Positions 36,101 through 48,100 of a stretch of 64,000 nucleotides of DNA are shown piece after piece. The DNA is from Ruditapes philippinarum (taxonomy: Eukaryota), in assembly GCF_026571515.1 (NCBI RefSeq), contig NW_026854834.1, positions 1 through 64,000 on the forward strand, in the 5' to 3' direction. Every line of letters starts with the position of its first letter. Positions within the stretch are counted from its first letter, which is position 1. The notes beneath the pieces are model-generated. The model was not told the origin of the DNA, made no database searches, and was given only the letters and a program-made list of their open reading frames with translations. A program made the position numbers and the translations under genes.

Positions 36101-39100
36101 GAAGGCTCCGAGACAACGACATTAGCACGGCCCATCAGATAAAATCATACTAGATCGCCCGCTTAACGCTCGTAGCAATGGCCGACAGAAAAAAGTGCAA
36201 ACCATGCACATGCAGTCTTAACTTTCGTGAAGTCCCACCATAGACTATGTTTGCCATTTACACTTTAAATTTATTTAATGATGAAACCGGACAGAATCAG
36301 TTTTGCAAGTTCTTTAGTTTAAGTATATTTATTTAAGTTCGATTGGCGAAACCGGTTCTTGCAACTTATATAAATCACTTTCGAGTCCGCTTCCTGGAAG
36401 AAATATGGTCGTTGCCTAAGTAGGGTTCGAACCAATAATCCTTGGTTGAGAGGCAGACACCTTAACCATATGGCCATCACTCCCCTTTTGTACTGATCTG
36501 TTACTACAAACTCTAGAAGGTCCACATCTGAAAACTCAAACGTCGCAGCCGTAGTTACTTCATCTGAAAGAAAACAAGTAAATGAGCCGCGTCACGACAA
36601 AACCAACATAGTGCATTTGCGACCAGCATGGATCCAGACCAGCCTGCGCATCCGCGCAGTCTGATCAGGATCCATGCTGTTCGTTTACCAACCCTTTTAC
36701 AAGTAGAGAAAATAATAGCGAACAGCATGGATCCTGATCAGACTGCGCGGATGCGCAGGCTGGTCTCCATGCCTGTCGCAAACCCATTATGTTGGTTTTC
36801 TAATGACACGGTTCAATTGCATACTTCAGAAAAAGGGCAGCAAAATATTGGAATATGAAATAAAACATTAACGTAGAGAAGCCAAGAAAAGACATATAAC
36901 AGCAATATATTGACTTACAGCAGCAACATATTTACATTTAGCAGCAACATAATTACATTTAGCAGCAACGTATTTACTTTTACAGCAACATAATTACATT
37001 TAGCAGCAACGTAATTACATTTAGCAGCAACGTATTTACTTTTACAGCAACATAATTACATTTAGCAGCAACGTAATTACATTTAGCAGCAACGTATTTA
37101 CTTTTACAGCAACATAATTACATTTAGCAGCAACGTAATTACATTTAGCAGCAACGTATTAACATTTACAGCAACATAATTACATTTAGCAGCAACGTAT
37201 TTACATTTATCAGCAACGTATTTACATTTACAGCAATATATTTACATTTAGCAGCAAAATAGTGATTAAGTGCAGCAAAATGAACCCATAAGGCATAATA
37301 CATATATTTATAGATTGACTTAGGGCAGGAAAAATACCTAGAGAAGAAAGGTATTTAAATAAAGCAGCAAAATATTGATTTAGGGCAGCAAAATGTACAC
37401 ATACAGCATTATACATAAATGTACACAGAGCAGGAAAATATTGACTTAGGGCAGCAAGAAGAAAAACTACGGGAACAAAATATCAAAAAAGAGCAGAAAA
37501 ATATTTACATTTAGCAGAAAGATACTAAGAATAATATAAACAAAATTGGCTTACACGTTGTTACATCAAAACTGTAGTCAGAATTGGCGGTCATGATAAC
37601 GCTGAGGGTGCTTATGTCGTCTGTGTCGACATCTGTGACGCTTACATCATAAACAAATGAACCGGAAGCAGTATTAGCGATTATGTTGACAGTATTTGGC
37701 AAATTTGTGAACGATGGCTCGGTATCTAAAATAGATTATTCTGATTACATAAGCAAAATGAAAGTCCTTGTTACAATTTTCATAATTATAAAACAAAGTC
37801 CATATTCAGGCTGTAAGTAATTAAGGGCCATCATAAAAACACGGACGTTGCAAAAAGCACTTCAGAGCAATACAGTATTAATAAATTAACAGGAAATGTC
37901 AGTATGTTTGAATATAAATTATTATAATTCTGCATACAAAAGCGCTCGTAGGTCGTCAAAATATTTTACATTATTTCAATGTGTTTTGTTATATATTAAA
38001 AGGACTCTCAAGTCAGTGTCATGAAATTGTATACAATGATTTTATGGTCGTCAAAAAGGCTCGCTTTGTAACAACATTTTCACATAAATCATATGACAAC
38101 TCCTGTGAAATCATATATATGTTTTATTTTGATGAAGGCTCCGAGACAACAACATTAGCACGGCCCATCAGATAAAATCATACTAGATCGCCCGCTTAAC
38201 GCTCGTAGCAATGGCCGACAGAAAAAAGTGCAAACCATGCACATGCAGTCTTAACTTTCGTGAAGTCCTACCATAGACTATGTTTGCCATTTACACTTTA
38301 AATTTATTTAATGATGAAACCGGACAGAATCAGTTTTGCAAGTTCTTTAGTTTAAGCATATTTATTTAAGTTCGATTGCGAAACAGGTTCTTGCAACTTA
38401 TATAAATCACTTTCGAGTCCGCTTCCTGGAAGAAATATGGTCGTTGCCTAAGTAGGGTTCGAACCAATAATCCTTGGGTTGAGAGGCAGACACCTTAACC
38501 ATATGGCCATCACTCCCCTTTTGTATGTAATGTATACCACTTCTTTACATTAAAAAGTGCAATAAACCTTTCAGCATAATCTTTATGCTTTACTTCAACT
38601 CACTGTCTCGTACTCCCATCTTTATTGCATACGTTCGGTCATTTTCTACGTTCGATCCGGACCAGTCTAGGGTAGCTCCCTCAGAAGGTGAGGTCAAGGT
38701 CATCATCAAGTTATTATCTTTTTCACCACCACCTTTCTTGTAAGTTATCAAATCATATCCTTCACTCCACCTTTAAAATCATACAAGATACATTACTCAG
38801 TCTCAACAATTTCACGCATTACCCTTCACTGTTATAATTTGCAAGATCTATTTTTCCATCTTTAAATTGTGAGATCCATTACTTCACTTTTAAAATCAGC
38901 AAGGTCCATAACTTAATCTTAAAATTCTGCACTATCAATTATAATGATATCAGATGTGACATCAAGGGTGTAATAACAAACGCGTAAAAAAGTACCTCTC
39001 TATTACAAAAATACAATATAATTATTCTTTTCTATTCCCTTTATATTAGATCATAGACTATCAATAGTACTTGCGTTGCTGTAGAATTTTTCAAAGTTTA

Positions 39101-42100
39101 TCGTTCAATTTGAATGAAATCAACCATCAATCAATCAATCAATCAATCGTACCTACATTATTACGTACATAAGTATGCGCCTAAACTAGAACCGTCTATT
39201 ATCATATAACAATGCACACAATATTTAAATCGTAGTTTGAAAATATAATGATCTTGCTCAACAGTTTACATATCTATATCTTGTAATATTTTTTTTACAA
39301 ACAATGGACTGCTCGGTTCGATTCTAAATGTCCCCTAGTGCTTTGTCCTTTATCTATGATCCCATTCAAAAAACATTTAACAATTCATTTAACTATAGAT
39401 TTTGTATATGTGCCTTGTATTAATGTGTATTGTATTTAATGTTATATATTTGTACCCGTTTTGCATGTATTGACAAAGGCAATATTTTGCCAATTTGCAA
39501 ATAACATTTTTGAACTTTAATATTCTTTCAAAATGGGGTAACTATAGAATGTATGAAAATAATTAAAAAGTTGAAAATAATTTAATCAACGAAAATATTT
39601 ACATACCAACCATATTTATCTCCAGACTTGACAGTAATTCTCTCTGATTGACCAATGTTCACTGAATCTGTGCCATCTGTTGCTAAATAAATATCCCATA
39701 TGATTAGTGTCACCATAAATTGAACCTTCTCAAAAGTGATAATATTTATAATAAGATATTGATTGTAATGATTTTATAAACAATTTCAGAGGTGATAAAA
39801 ATTGCTGTTGCGCATTATTTGGTGGCCGTTTTACGTTATGTTTTAGTTTTGCTTTTTCGTCACTAAAATGCGGACACACGAACGCCAAAATGTGACCGTT
39901 TTCCTTCAATTCTTTTGGGGGTTTAATTGTTTTGCTTTTTTTAGAAAAAGGGACGACAAAATTAAACAAAATGCGACATATGAACAGTGTCGTGTTTTCG
40001 ACTTTTATTTTGCCATATCCTCATTTTCGCATATTTACTCTCTTTTTTGTATATTTCCGCATTTTCGCATTTGTTGTGTTTTCGCTTACTCGCATCTTCG
40101 CATTTCGGTAACGCATGTGAAGATCTGTTTCACGTATGCCATATGATTCAGTTCGTAGACTTTTTAATTTCTCATCTTTTCGTGTTTTTATACTTTTCGG
40201 ATTTTGTGGCGAAAGACGCGAAAATCAGCCACCATTCTTTTATTATATTACACTGTAACAATTTCCTGAAACAGATTTAATTTGTAATGGATACCTACAT
40301 ACAGTCATTGAGTTCTGTCCAACAAGTTCCATTGTGGAACTACCGGCAGTGACTGGTCTCCAAACCTGGAAATAAACCGTTCTAGTGCCGGAAACGTTGT
40401 AAAATCGAGCCTCCCATTTGTCCACGACTCCACAACAGTCAAAGTCAATAATGTATTTATCGTCGCTCATCACATATCCGAAATCTAGAAATAAACTTCA
40501 ATGATTAACTCAACAGTTAATTAACAATTTAAATGTATAGAATAACTTACCATGTGACGCGGCGTCTTAAAAAAGGGGTTCACAACAACTCAGTAAGAAT
40601 CGCCATTACGTAACCAGAAGACTAGGAAAAGATATTAGGTATGCTATGAAGGCACTGGAATATTGCAGAACCGAGGTGTTTGGCCCAAACAAACTTTCGA
40701 CCTGACAGGGTTATTTAGCTTTGGAAACAAAAAAGTCATAGGGAGCAAAGGAGCATTGTGATGTGAATACTGAATACGGAGGATGGGGGAGCACAACGAT
40801 TTGTTTCTGCTTTTAAAAAAACAAACTTTTTTCTTTAGGAACAGTTGATTATTTTGTAATTTTGACTTTTTTTATGTGTTACATGGTAAATTGTAAAATA
40901 TGTTTTTATCTTTTGATATCAATTTTATAAAGCTCGTCTGATAGAATACAGTAGTACTGGGGAACGTAATTCCCGTTTCGTTTACTTATAAATTGTTAAC
41001 GTTCGGAGATGAATTGATTTCAGTGTAAAAAGTTGTTACAAAATGTAAATGTTTAACACCAAATGAATTCAATTAATATCAATGATGTTAATTTCAGAGA
41101 AGTTGCACCATTTTAGCTATATTTGAATATACTCTTTTGATCTCAATGCGCTTGAAATTCATTGTACAAATTAGGAAACGATGAAATTGTAATTGTTAGG
41201 GTTAAACATTGAAGGATGTCTTTTTGCGGCTATTTTACCTTTCAAGTTTTTTTTCACATCAAAAAGAAACTTTAATTGAACAGTAAATTAATATGAAATT
41301 ATGTTCCACGGTTTTTATAAACATGAAACCAAATATTTGCATTCAACATGTCCAACAAAGAAGACATTTTATGAAAATCCCTTTACATACGAGTATAATA
41401 CGTACCAAATCGTACAATACATGCATGGAAGCCCTTTGATTATAGAACAGCAGTTTAATTATGTTTACAATATTTACCCCGAATATGAAACAGGCTTTAG
41501 TAATACAAAATCCCTGAAATAATTTATAAAGTTGTTAATCTTGTCAAACTAAATATTTTGTTGAGACAAAAATTATGTAAGAGTTTTCGACAAAATATCT
41601 TATAAATAACAAAATACCTTATAGCAGATGATATAAATAAAAATTATCTTTTAACAAATGATATAAAAAATATCTTACTGTAACAAATGCTAAAAAATAC
41701 AACAATGATATGATATAAAAAACTTTATAACAAATTATATAATAACATCTTTTAACAAATGATATAGACAAAAATGTATTATAGACATAATATATGACAA
41801 AAATGACATAAAAGACTGCAAAAAATTGATACGGAAATTTTTGTTTCGACTTTGTTACGTTAACGTTGCACCCGTTTTATGATTTTTACTCTTATGTTAT
41901 TTTTTTCCTTCATTTTTTTTTTAAATTTCATCTGAGATTCTAGTATATTAGTTTTTATGATATAATTGTATAATTTCAAATGTAATAGTAAGAAAACATA
42001 ATATCATTGAATGTAGAGATATCTTTTCCTATTCATAAAATGTGCAGTCGTGAGCGTCTTTTGTATGTTTTACTTAAATTAGAAATTATGTGATAAAAAA

Positions 42101-45100
42101 CAAACACAAAATAAACAAAACAAAAAAACGTACAAAAAAGAAAAGAAAAAAAGGAGCAGCTCTTAATGCTTTTTGTTATTGATCTTTTGTAAGATATGCG
42201 TGTATTTTACCTAAATTGGCATCTAAATTGTCATCTGCTTTGATGTCACCGAAATCTTTGTTTCCGCACGGTTGGCTATCTACAAATACAATTAAAACAA
42301 GAAATGAGCCGCGTCACGACAAAACCAACATAATGGGTTTGCGACCAGCATGGATCCAGACCAGCCTGCGCATTCGCGCAGTCTGATCAGGATCCATGCT
42401 GTTCGCTTACCAACCCTATTACAAGTAGAGAAACTGATAGCGAACAGCATGAATCCTCATCAGACTGCGCGGATGCGCAGGCTGGTTTGGATCCATGCTG
42501 GTCGCTAACGCACTATGTTAGTTTTGTCGTGACGCGGCTCAAATATCTTTAATAAAGATACACAGCAGAGGTAAAACTGGTTAGCTTGCATTTGTTATTT
42601 CTAAGTTTTCGATACATATAGAAATGTTAGCAGTGTTTACAAATTTCAATTTGTAATTTAAAATGACAAATAAAAAATATTCTTATAGTCTGTTCTTTCC
42701 TGTCAGTTCTACAGGAAATTAAACTGATTTTAGATGACATTCGACCAAAATGTAGTGGAAACTAGAAATGTGTCCATAGGACACGGATGCCCCCACATGC
42801 CACTATTCTGTCAATCTTATGACTCTAAGTCAAATATTTTTTGGACTACATGTGCCATAAGTTGAAAACTCAAAATCAACAAAGGGCCATAAATCTTTTA
42901 AATTTGGTCGCAGCAAAAATTCCTTCCTTTACTACCATCTACACATTAAGGTTGTTCATCCCTGGAAGTTTAAGCAAAATCTGCCATCCGGTTTAAGAGA
43001 AGTTGCGTTCACAAAATTTCCACATAGTATATAGTGAAAAAATCAACAAAGGGCCATAATTCTGTTAAATTTGGTCGCAGCAAAAATTCATTTCTTTACT
43101 ACCATCTACACATTAAGGTTGTTCATCCCTGGAAGTTTAAGCAAAATCTGCCATCCGGTTTAAGAGGAGTTGCGTTCACATTTTATGCCCCACATTGTGG
43201 GGGTATAAAAACTAATATAATTGTGTACATCAGTACGGAGACCTTTAACCCTTTACCTCATGAGCCTATTTTTTCATTGAAAAGCCTCCTGTAACAAGTT
43301 CAAACTGCTATGAAACTATGAAAAATGCTTCAATACTGATGAAACTTGGCACAAATGTTGACTGGACCATAGCCTCTGTAACCATGCTCAATCTTAAATT
43401 TCCTGTTACCATGGCAACGAAGGGAAGTCTTAAAATTGCGAAAAAAATCACTATTTTGCATTGTTTTTTCCAACAAAACTTCAAAGTGCTGCAACTTCTC
43501 AATGGATTAAGATAGAGTAAAAGGCTTTTCAGCGTTGGTTACACGTTACCTTACGATCGACTTGAGGCCATTTTAGCATGTCACATGTCCAAAATGTCCT
43601 TGGCGAGGTACCTTTTGGATAGGGGCCGGCGCCGAAAAAGTGATCACTTTTTTTCGATTTCTCAAACTTCTCTATATGAAGTAAAGGGTTGATTAATTAT
43701 AATAAGCCTAGTAAAATATAGCTACAATTTTGCATTTCAAATTTTTTTTAATGAAAATAGAATAAAACAAAAACATAACAACACCAATAAAAATGACATC
43801 ATCAACAACAAAATCATCCGATTTATTTCGTTATGTAAGAGCGTATTATATAGATCATCATCATAATACATGTATAGTTTCTGTTCAAGCGTTGAAAAGA
43901 ATATGACTTATATACATGAGCTATTTCAAAAATTGCCTCAGTCATTCGTATTCTACAAAATTTCAACAGTAATTCCATGATATCATACTATAACTGCAAC
44001 CGCAATTCATTGAGACAATACTTAAACTGCGAGACAATACTTAAACTGCAACCGCAATTCATTGAGACAATACTTAAACTGCAACCGCAATTCATTGAGA
44101 CAATACTTAAACTGCAACTGTAATTAATTGAGACAAAACTTAACCTGCAACCGCAATTCATTGAGACAATACTTAAACTGCAACCGCAATTCATTGAGAC
44201 AATACTTAAACTGCAACCGCAATTCATTGAGACAATATTTAAACTGCAACCGTAATTCATTGAGACAATACTTAAACTGCAACAGTAATTCATCGAGACA
44301 ATACTTAAACTGCAACCGTAATTCATTGAGACAATACTTAAACTGCAACAGTAATTCATCGAGACAATACTTAAACTGCAACCGTAATTCATTGAGACAA
44401 TACTTAAACTGCAACCGCAATTCATTGAGACAATACTTAAACTGCGAGACAATACTTAAACTGCAACCGCAATTCATTGAGACAATACTTAAACTGCAAC
44501 CGCAATTCATTGAGACAATACTCAAACTGCAACGGTTATTTTATGAGGCAATACTAACACTTCAACCGTAATTCAATGAGACAATAGTATTTCAATGTGA
44601 CAATACTTAAACTGCAACCGCAATTCATTGAGACAATACTTAAACTGCAACCGCAATTCATCGAGACAATACTTAAACTGCAACCGCAATTCATTGAGAC
44701 AATACTTAAACTGCAACCGCAATTCATTGAGACAATACTTAAACTGCAACGGTTATTTTATGAGGCAATACTAACACTTCAACCGTAATTCAATGAGACA
44801 ATAGTATTTCAATGTGACAATACTTAAACTGCAACAGTAATTCATCGAGACAATACTTAAACTGCAACCGCAATTCATTGAGACAATACTTAAACTGCAA
44901 CACTAATTCATCGAGACAATATTTAAACTGCAACCGTAATTCATCGAGACAATACTTAAACTGCAACCACAATTCATTTAGACAATACTTAAACTGCAAC
45001 TGTAATTCATCGAGACAATACTTAAACTGCAACCGCAATTCATTGAGACAATACTTAAACTGCAACAGTAATTCATCGAGACAATACTTAAACTGCAACC

Positions 45101-48100
45101 GCAATTCATTGAGACAATACTTAAACTGCAACCGTAATTCATTGAGACAATACTTAAAGCCTCGGTCTCACTTACTCCCGGCAGAGCCCAGGACCATCCC
45201 GGTAAGTTACCGGGATGATCCGGGACGATCCTGGATGAAATTATTGTTGCGGTCACACTTACCCCGGCAGCACTACGGTAGTTCTCTACTAACCACCCAG
45301 GATGCGCTCCGGATCATCCAGGCAGAGCCCAGGTGAAGCTACGGTTCATGCCGATGCTTCCCCGGTTGTTCCCGGATGACGCCGGAAGAGCCCCGGTTGA
45401 CCCAGGCAGAGCCCCGGTCGATCCAGGCAGAGTCCCGGCAGAGCCAAGGACGATCCAGGTAGAGCCCCGGTAGAACCCCGGTGGATTGAAAACGCCCGAA
45501 AATGATAACATTGATACATAATTTTTATTTAATATAATATCTATTGTTCCAGAATAGTAATTCATGATGATTTTCTGAAAAATCCTTATGCCATACTGGA
45601 TAGAAGCGAAATGGGAAGGCTTTTAATACAAACAAGTGCAATCATCGCAAATTGTCGTTATTCTTTTGAAATGATCCGGGCTTTGCCGGGGCTCTACCGG
45701 GATCAACCGTAGCTCTACCTTTATCCTCCGGTGCTCTGCCTGTAGTTACCGGGGCGCTGCCGGCATATACCGGAGCTCTACCGTAGCTCTACCGGCTATA
45801 TCATACCCCGGATCATCCCCGGTTTGTGCCGGCAGAGCTACGGTGCTTCCCCGGTATAACCCCGGTCGTTCCCGGCAGAGCTAAGGATGAAGCCGGCAAA
45901 GCTATACCTTCCCGGATCATCCCGGACCACCCCGGTGATATTAAATATTTTATTCCATCCGGGGTCGAATGCCGGATGTTCCCGGATCATCCCGGATCAT
46001 CCAGGACGTTGCCGGCAGAGTTACGGATGTACCCCGGTTGTTCCCGGTCGTACCCCGGTCGTTCCCGGATCACCCCGGACGTCTACCGGGGCTCTGCCGG
46101 GGCTCTGCCGGGATGTAAGTGAGACTGTAGCTTAAACTGCAACCGCAATTCATTGAGACAATACTTAAACTGCAACAGTAATTCATTGAGACAATACTTA
46201 AACTGCAACAGTAATTCATGGAGACAATACTTAAACTGCAACCGTAATTCATCGAGACAATACTTAAACTGCAACCGCAATTCATTGAGACAATACTTAA
46301 ACTGCAACAGTAATTCATCGAGACAATACTTAAACTGCAACAGTAATTCATGGAGACAATACTTAAACTGCAACAGTAATTCATGGAGACAATATTTAAA
46401 CTGCAACAGTAATTCATGGAGACAATACTTAAACTGCAACCGTAATTCATTGAGACAATACTTAAACTGCAACCGTAATTCATTGAGACAATACTTAAAC
46501 TGCAACCGCAATTCATTGAGACAATACTTAAACTGCAACCGTAATTCATTGAGACAATACTTAAACTGCAACCGTAATTCATTGAGACAATACTTAAACT
46601 GCAACCGCAATTCATTGAGACAATACTTAAACTGCAACAGTAATTCATTGAGACAATACTTAAACTGCAACCGCAATTCATTGAGACAATACTTAAACTG
46701 CAACCGCAATTCATTGAGACAATACTTAAACTGCAACGGTTATTTTATGAGGCAATACTAACACTTCAACCGTAATTCAATGAGACAATAGTAATTCAAT
46801 GTGACAATACTAAAACTGCAACCGTAATTCATTAAGACAATATTGAAACTGCAACGGTTTTTTATGAGACAATACTAAAAACTGCAACCGTAATTCAATT
46901 AGTTAATACTAGAACTGCAACAATACTGAATCTGCAATGATAATAAACGATTTTATTCTAGAACTACAACGGTAATTCAATGAGATCAAAGTAATACTAG
47001 AATACTGCAATGGTTATTTTAATGAGATAATACGAAAACTAAAGCCGTAATTCAATGACGGATTGGTTATTCATTGAGACAATACTATGACAAGGACAAA
47101 GGCTTCGATCCTTAAAGATCGTTCAGCACGACATAATTGTTGTGCCTGTGGTATTTTAGTTCTGTCTATTCGGCATCTTTCTTGCTGGGTGGCTCCAGTA
47201 TTCCTCACTTGAATACTGTTGAATCACCGTTTGGATATGTGGCCTGCTTTATAAATTTGTTTTTTGACATCTTATCTGTGATCTGAGGCTTCATAACCTC
47301 TTCTTTAGAAAGAGCAAACATGAATTTTATAATGTTAAAATAATGGTATCAGAGAAATGTAAGATGCTTGTTACCTGTTTTCATAAAAGTAGTCAAAAAA
47401 AATGTAGTATTTCCATATAAAATACTTATTCACTATAACTGTACTCATCATTGTCAAAAAGCAACAGATGAAAAGGATGGTTCAGGTAATTGGCCAATGT
47501 GTTTTTTTTATAATATAAAAGAACATCAAAATAAAAAAGCTAATGGCTATTTAACATATTATCAGGCAATTTTTTTTACTGAAATGTCTTACTAAGATTA
47601 CCCAGAATTTATACCTTTGTTTATGCTAAGACTATCATATTTCTGTAAAAAGTGTAAATAACAAACGGGAAAATGATGCATTTAGCTAAAGACAATGGAG
47701 TTAATAAAAGGTGTACATTCTTTTAAAATAAATGGAAAATTTGAGAAAAACATATTTTAAACTTAATAATTGATACAAATTCTTAATTTGGTGATTTATT
47801 TATTGAAAGTCCTTCACTTACTAATCAAGACCATTTTAATTTCTATTGATTCAGGGCACATGTTTTGTGTCTATTTAATACCTTGATTTTTGTTTACCAT
47901 TGGTTTTGACTACACTATATTATTTAAAACATAATGAACATAAATTTTCTCTGACCCCAAAGTGCGGTCGTTTGTCTGATGTTAAAAAATGCATATGTAC
48001 CTGTTTAACGCACTTTGGGGTCGAAATTGGACCCCAAAGTGCGTAACGCACTTTGGGGTCGACCCCAAAGTGCGTTTGACCCCAAAGTGCGGTGTTACAT

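Larger units (their letters stand above)
34900..38525. repeat. Intragenic tandem duplication (~1.6-kb unit ~34900-36492; 2033-bp unit 36493-38525)
   Basis: The near-identical units each contain a MITE, a 21-bp minisatellite, the 171-nt cadherin exon and a SINE. Both end ...CATCACTCCCCTTTTGTA. Confidence 0.92.

Noticed and set aside
36415-36487. tRNA gene
   Set aside because: A and B boxes are present, but there is no convincing cloverleaf or acceptor stem, and it continues into a body shared with 10775-10912. It is a SINE head.
45314-46135. Pro/Gly-rich ORFs in the GC-rich element
   Set aside because: They derive from CCCGG subterminal repeats of the MITE and have no transposase motifs.
43988-46761. 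Long Cys-rich periodic ORFs (MNCGCSLSIVS, QFKYCLNELRL, RQYLNCNRNSL)
   Set aside because: These are translations of a 33-bp satellite that is open in several frames on both strands. It is intronic, has no splice signals and is interrupted by a MITE.
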